DNA from: a virus
IMG/VR virus record: IMGVR_UViG_3300042453_004661
Location: 60,586 to 124,585 of that record
DNA length: 64,000 nucleotides
Strand: one strand, 5' to 3'
In this document: one piece after another, positions 59,620-64,000 of the stretch
Layout: every line of letters begins with the position of its first letter
Position numbering within the stretch: the first letter of the stretch is position 1
The notes under the pieces: generated by a model
Databases searched by the model: none
The model's input: only the letters and a program-made list of their open reading frames with translations
Told to the model about the DNA's origin: nothing
Made by a program: the position numbers and the translations under genes

Positions 59620-60614
59620 TTGGAGACCCCCATCTTAAGGTTAGCCGGGCCGAGGACGCCAAAGAGTTCTTGGATAAGCTTATTGTTCATGTAAACACAA
59701 AACAATATCAAAAAGTCGTAATACTAGGCGACTTGTTTGATACCTTTGCTGTGATCCGTAGCGAAATCTTGAGCCTTTGGTATAACTTTGTTTCCCAGGC
59801 CTCTGATGTTATTGGTAGAGAAAACCTTATCATGATTGTTGGGAACCATGACTATGCAGGAGCCAAAGGCGGAACCCATGCTCTAGAGCCTTTTAAGGTT
59901 TTGGCTAAGGTAATTGATGACATTGATATTATTGATATCGGTGGAGTAAATTGCTATTTCATGCCGTTCAAGCGAGACAATGAAGAATTTGAATCTTTGG
60001 CTCGAGAAATGAAGGGTGGGATCTTGTTTTGCCATCAAAGTTTTAATGGGGCAAAATTTGAAAACGGATTCTACGATCCGCATGGAGCAAACCCCGATTC
60101 CGTTTCTCACTTTTCTATAGTTGTATCTGGCCATATTCATTCTAGACAATGTGTAGGCAATAATATCTATTACCCAGGAACGCCTTTTCAGCAATCGTTT
60201 GGCGAGGCTGGTCAAGAAAAAGGCCTGGCGGTAGTAGATATTGGTGGGGAAGATCAGTTTAAGATTAAGGGGTATATTGATCTTGATATGCCAAAATTCC
60301 ATGTGTTGGACTTTGGACATATTTCAAATGCCAAAATTCCAGAAGAATTCAATCCCCGGGACAGCTATAAGATAGTCGCACATGGAGACCCGCAGGAAAT
60401 TGCAGAGTTCTGGAAGTCTGATGACATTAAAAAATTTCGTCATTCAGTACGCAGGCTTGTTGATTCCATAACCACAGTTAAAACAAATGATTCTTATTCT
60501 AGCCAAAAAGCTTCTACTATGGAAGAAAAGCTTGAGGCATTTATTAAATCTAGAAACTGGAGATCATCTCAGGAGGACTTGATTGGACGAGCAAGAATAT
60601 TCTTATCTGAATGA
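59592..60614 (+). CDS. SbcD/Mre11-like metallophosphoesterase nuclease
   Basis: GDPH, LGDLFD, GNHD, CHQ, SGHIH, YPGTP. Confidence 0.85.
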   Translation: MQSRETVLLIGDPHLKVSRAEDAKEFLDKLIVHVNTKQYQKVVILGDLFDTFAVIRSEILSLWYNFVSQASDVIGRENLIMIVGNHDYAGAKGGTHALEPFKVLAKVIDDIDIIDIGGVNCYFMPFKRDNEEFESLAREMKGGILFCHQSFNGAKFENGFYDPHGANPDSVSHFSIVVSGHIHSRQCVGNNIYYPGTPFQQSFGEAGQEKGLAVVDIGGEDQFKIKGYIDLDMPKFHVLDFGHISNAKIPEEFNPRDSYKIVAHGDPQEIAEFWKSDDIKKFRHSVRRLVDSITTVKTNDSYSSQKASTMEEKLEAFIKSRNWRSSQEDLIGRARIFLSE

Positions 60615-60969
60615 TCGGTTAATGGCAGAAATGTGGCTGGCAGAGGCCGGACTATTCCCTGCCACTATGGCTGATAATCTATATGCCTGGGCCAGAATGC
60701 AACCCGGGATAAAAGAGGCTCGGCTAGAGGTTTCTGTCGGAGTAGATGAAAAGCCAGCCTTTGTAAACTTTGTATTGATACCTAAATACTGGTTTCTATA
60801 CAGACTTCAAGAGAAGTTTAGAGCCAAAGGCGGTATAATAGGTAAGGTAATGCTAATTGTCTTGTCAAAGATTGGAAGCCCCGTATTCGCTGGGGAGATA
60901 TTAACAAGCATGGCAAAAGGCTACTTACCAAAAAACTACGATGTCAGATACCAATTCTCCAGAGAATAA
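60583..60969 (+). CDS. Hypothetical protein
   Basis: SD aggagg, TTG start. Confidence 0.55.
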   Translation: MDEQEYSYLNDRLMAEMWLAEAGLFPATMADNLYAWARMQPGIKEARLEVSVGVDEKPAFVNFVLIPKYWFLYRLQEKFRAKGGIIGKVMLIVLSKIGSPVFAGEILTSMAKGYLPKNYDVRYQFSRE

Positions 60970-61585
60970 AACTCAGATACAGATTTATCAAGATAAAGGA
61001 CTTACCGAAAAAGAGTCAGAGATCTTGGCAAAGTATGTTGAAGATGGGAAGCCCGGACTAGCAAAGGCAAGATCGGACTCGATGAGGACTATTTATGCCC
61101 TCGGGTATACTTGTGAAGAAATACATGAGATGTTTCCAGAGTATCCCCTGGGCTTAATCCTTCATGCTCGAGTTACTCATGAATGGGACAAGACAAAGAT
61201 AGACCTAAGCCAAAAGCTGAGCAAGATAAAAGAAAATGTCATCATCAGCAAGCTTGAGTCGGTTCAGTTTTTGACCGAAATGCTAAAGGCCGTACATGTC
61301 AAGCATCGGCAAGACATCTTAAGATTCTTGGCCAATCCCGAACGAGAAGAAGCCCCAAAAGTATTACCCAATAATCTTTATGGGTATCAGCAGATTCTTT
61401 CCTTGCTAGACGAGGTGATGGGCAATAATCAAAATAAAGATCAAAAAGGTGCAGAAATGGTGTCTAGCCCATTAGTCTCTGTGACCATCAATACAGAACA
61501 GCCCAAGACGGTAGAGGCCAAAGCAGTAGACGCAAAGACTATTCTTAAGAAAAAGGCCGAAGCCGTTAGGGGCAAAAAAGAATAA
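60941..61585 (+). CDS. Putative terminase small subunit
   Basis: HTH-like N-terminal half, immediately upstream of the large subunit; positional inference. Confidence 0.4.
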   Translation: MSDTNSPENKTQIQIYQDKGLTEKESEILAKYVEDGKPGLAKARSDSMRTIYALGYTCEEIHEMFPEYPLGLILHARVTHEWDKTKIDLSQKLSKIKENVIISKLESVQFLTEMLKAVHVKHRQDILRFLANPEREEAPKVLPNNLYGYQQILSLLDEVMGNNQNKDQKGAEMVSSPLVSVTINTEQPKTVEAKAVDAKTILKKKAEAVRGKKE

Positions 61586-61597
61586 TCCGAGGCTAAA

Positions 61598-63487
61598 ATG
61601 GTTAATGAAGATATCATAGCCTTGATGACTCCTCTCGAATCCAAGGAAGACCTCCAGGATTGGATATTGGTTCATTTAGGGTTTGAGCTTCCCGATACAA
61701 TCGTTAGCAGATTTGCTGACAGCAGCCCCCTAGACTTTGTTTGGGAAGCATATCAATCTATCATCCAGGGCAAGCCACTAGCCATGATGGCCCTGGCTGG
61801 CCGAGACTCTGCTAAGACCGTAGGCCTATCTATTATCGACCTTTTAGCCTTCCTCCATGATAAGAGAGACACCGTCCATGTTGCCATGACTTCCGAACAG
61901 GCCAAGAGAGCCAAGGCATATCTTGAGGGGTATACGGGTAAGATCAATCTGCTCAAGCAGGCAATCACTAAGCAAAATGAAAAACAAATCAAAATTAAAA
62001 TTGACGATGAAGAAGTCGGAATGGAAATCCTTCCGGCTACCCCCAAGGCCGTTCAGGGGGCCCACTGTTCACTACTTACATTTGATGAGCTTGCCTCTTC
62101 AATGGAACCAAACAATGTCAGAGCGATTAAAGACGCATCCGGTATCGTTGGGACATCAAGAACCGGGAAGGCGGCTGTCGTTATCAAGATCACATCAAGA
62201 CAGGCAGGCTATTCTCTGGCTGAACAAGAAATCCGTCTAGGAAAAACTAAGATTAGGAAATGGACAACATTTGAAAATACAGAAAGATGCCCAGACGAAA
62301 AGAGCGGGACCATACCCACTCCGTTAATGGTTAATCACCTAAAGGGTGAGCAATACACTATTGAGGAATTCAAGAATCTAGAGCCAGCCAAGCAGGATGG
62401 ATTCTATAAGACAGAAAGCACATTTGATGGATGTCATAAATGCCCGCTTGCGTCTATCTGCCAGGGCGACTTAAAAAAGCAAAAATCAAAATCTGCTCTA
62501 CTTAGGAAGATAGACGATGTCGTCACCAAGATCGAGGCCGCAGGGTCTTGGGATTGGGCCCTGGCTCAAATCATGTCTCTCAAGCCCAGCACCGAGGGCC
62601 TTATTTATTGGGAGTTCGATAGGCGCATCCATATTCCTGGGTGGGACGCTATGTGGGAAAGGCTTACGGATGAAAAGCCAACACAGCCAGTCACTCGAGA
62701 AATGTTTGTCAAAGAACTCAAGAAAAGAAGGGCGCTATTCTATGCGGGGTTAGACTGGGGGTTTAATCCATCTCCATCTGTCGTTGTCGTACTGGCTGTA
62801 GACAGGAGGGGATTCATGTATGTCCTCGAGGCCGTTGCCAAGATTAAAATGAACGATTCTGAATTTATTGAATCTGTAGTAAGGAATGATATTCAGCCTC
62901 GCTATAATATTCAAATGTGGTGTCCCGACTTGGCAAACGGATCTGGCCGAGACATCCTTAAGCAGGCTGGCGTCCCAGTTACGGACGATATCGATAAGAG
63001 CATTATGCTTGGAGTCAACTTGGTCAAGGGATGCTTAAGGGTCCCGGGAGGCAATGGCAGGACAAGGATCATGCTCGCCCCAGATCTAGACAAGGGCCTG
63101 CCCAGGACTACCGAGGGCCCGATTGACTCTATTTATGATGAATTTGAACTCTACCACAAGAAAACAGACTCTGCTGGTCGGGTTATGGATATGGATAAGC
63201 CAGAAGATGGGTATGACCATTTCCTTGATGCTCTTCGATATGTCATTTACTGGCTAATCGGTCGTGGCCGGGCAGAAGTAGCATTCGGACTACCAGAGTC
63301 TGATTTGTTGGCCAATCCATTTCAAACCAAGGACCCTAACAAAAACACAAATATCCCAAATCCTCAAGAGTTATTAAGGCAACAGGGCATTTCTTTTGAG
63401 GATAATTCTGATGTAAATTCTGGCGACCAGGACGATGGCGATGGCCAGCCCCCAGAGGCTGGAGGGCCAATGTGGCGCTGGACCTGA
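61598..63487 (+). CDS. Terminase large subunit
   Basis: AGRDSAKT Walker A variant, LLTFDE Walker B, ITSR, nuclease motifs GLDWG and DHFLDALRY. Confidence 0.85.
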   Translation: MVNEDIIALMTPLESKEDLQDWILVHLGFELPDTIVSRFADSSPLDFVWEAYQSIIQGKPLAMMALAGRDSAKTVGLSIIDLLAFLHDKRDTVHVAMTSEQAKRAKAYLEGYTGKINLLKQAITKQNEKQIKIKIDDEEVGMEILPATPKAVQGAHCSLLTFDELASSMEPNNVRAIKDASGIVGTSRTGKAAVVIKITSRQAGYSLAEQEIRLGKTKIRKWTTFENTERCPDEKSGTIPTPLMVNHLKGEQYTIEEFKNLEPAKQDGFYKTESTFDGCHKCPLASICQGDLKKQKSKSALLRKIDDVVTKIEAAGSWDWALAQIMSLKPSTEGLIYWEFDRRIHIPGWDAMWERLTDEKPTQPVTREMFVKELKKRRALFYAGLDWGFNPSPSVVVVLAVDRRGFMYVLEAVAKIKMNDSEFIESVVRNDIQPRYNIQMWCPDLANGSGRDILKQAGVPVTDDIDKSIMLGVNLVKGCLRVPGGNGRTRIMLAPDLDKGLPRTTEGPIDSIYDEFELYHKKTDSAGRVMDMDKPEDGYDHFLDALRYVIYWLIGRGRAEVAFGLPESDLLANPFQTKDPNKNTNIPNPQELLRQQGISFEDNSDVNSGDQDDGDGQPPEAGGPMWRWT

Positions 63488-63506
63488 CCTTAAAGAGGTA
63501 AAATAG
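63487..63506 (+). promoter_or_regulatory. Candidate phage late promoter (copy 2)
   Basis: Identical to 3459-3478. Confidence 0.55.
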
Positions 63507-63541
63507 GATAGAGAAAGCATACTTATGCATAGGAGCCCCAA

Positions 63542-64000
63542 ATGCCACTTTTGAATGTAAACTTAAATGTCCTTGGATATTTAGATGGTCCCAAGACCGC
63601 AAATCCAAGAATGAAGCTTCATGACACAACTCTTTCAATCATGGGCCTTCCTACTGAGGCCATGAATACAACCCCGATTGACTTGGCTCCAGGAGAATCT
63701 GTTACGCTGGCGTCTACTCTTCGTACTGTTTCATATACCCCAGCTACTACTTTTGCTATCACTAAGAACCAGGCGACCGCAAGGCTTAGTGGATCTTTTG
63801 GGCAAAGAACCGGGAGGCTAGATGGGGACGCAACTACTCAATGGACGGTATCTATATCCCAAGAGCTTGTGACCCTAACATATACCGGAACCGGGACTGC
63901 ACCTACTTTTTCTAGCATGCAGTCTGGCGATGGCGTAACCCTTGACGCCCCATTCAGCTCCCTTAATAGGGGAGACTTTACTGTTGTTAAGGTAGGATCT
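63542..64000 (+). CDS. 3'-partial probable virion protein (not in the ORF track)
   Basis: SD aggag, then MPLLNVNLNVLGYLDGPKTANP... open to the window end; Thr/Gly-rich. Confidence 0.6.
   Translation, partial: MPLLNVNLNVLGYLDGPKTANPRMKLHDTTLSIMGLPTEAMNTTPIDLAPGESVTLASTLRTVSYTPATTFAITKNQATARLSGSFGQRTGRLDGDATTQWTVSISQELVTLTYTGTGTAPTFSSMQSGDGVTLDAPFSSLNRGDFTVVKVGS

Noticed and set aside
36249-63487. Inteins or introns in nrdA, dnaE, recA or terminase
   Set aside because: Lengths are normal and no intein termini, homing-endonuclease motifs or frame breaks were seen.
1-64000. Stop-codon reassignment, tRNA or rRNA genes
   Set aside because: Conserved genes are uninterrupted in the standard code and TAA, TGA and TAG all end genes; no tRNA-like cloverleaf was seen in the short intergenic gaps.

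Overview
A 64-kb, densely coding slice of a large tailed dsDNA phage (probably myovirus/jumbo-type, standard genetic code, likely Gram-negative host). 1-28.8 kb (+): the end of a protein with an HhH-GPD glycosylase-like motif, baseplate and tail-fibre genes, then a ~15.5-kb array of 12 candidate receptor-binding or accessory fibre genes (three paralogous beta-propellers, four tail-collar fibres with swapped modules, a collagen fibre, lectin-like proteins). 28.9-40.8 kb (mostly -): early and metabolic genes (PAPS-reductase-like, PagL-like barrel, AAA ATPase, Rrf2, DUF932, SF2 helicase, nrdAB, matrixin, PLP aminotransferase), several with sigma70-type promoters. 41-64 kb (+): degenerate methyltransferase, GroEL, serine protease, Ndk, primase, sigma-like factor, DnaE, SSB, UvsY-like, RecA, SbcD-like nuclease and terminase. 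Main observations: a combinatorial modular fibre array; apparent absence of ACGT, GGATCC and GWGCWC; a 20-bp exact intergenic duplication that may be a phage late promoter; a structured RNA with an anti-Shine-Dalgarno-like loop; and a phage PagL-like lipid A deacylase. All calls come from reading motifs by eye; no database searches or counts were run.
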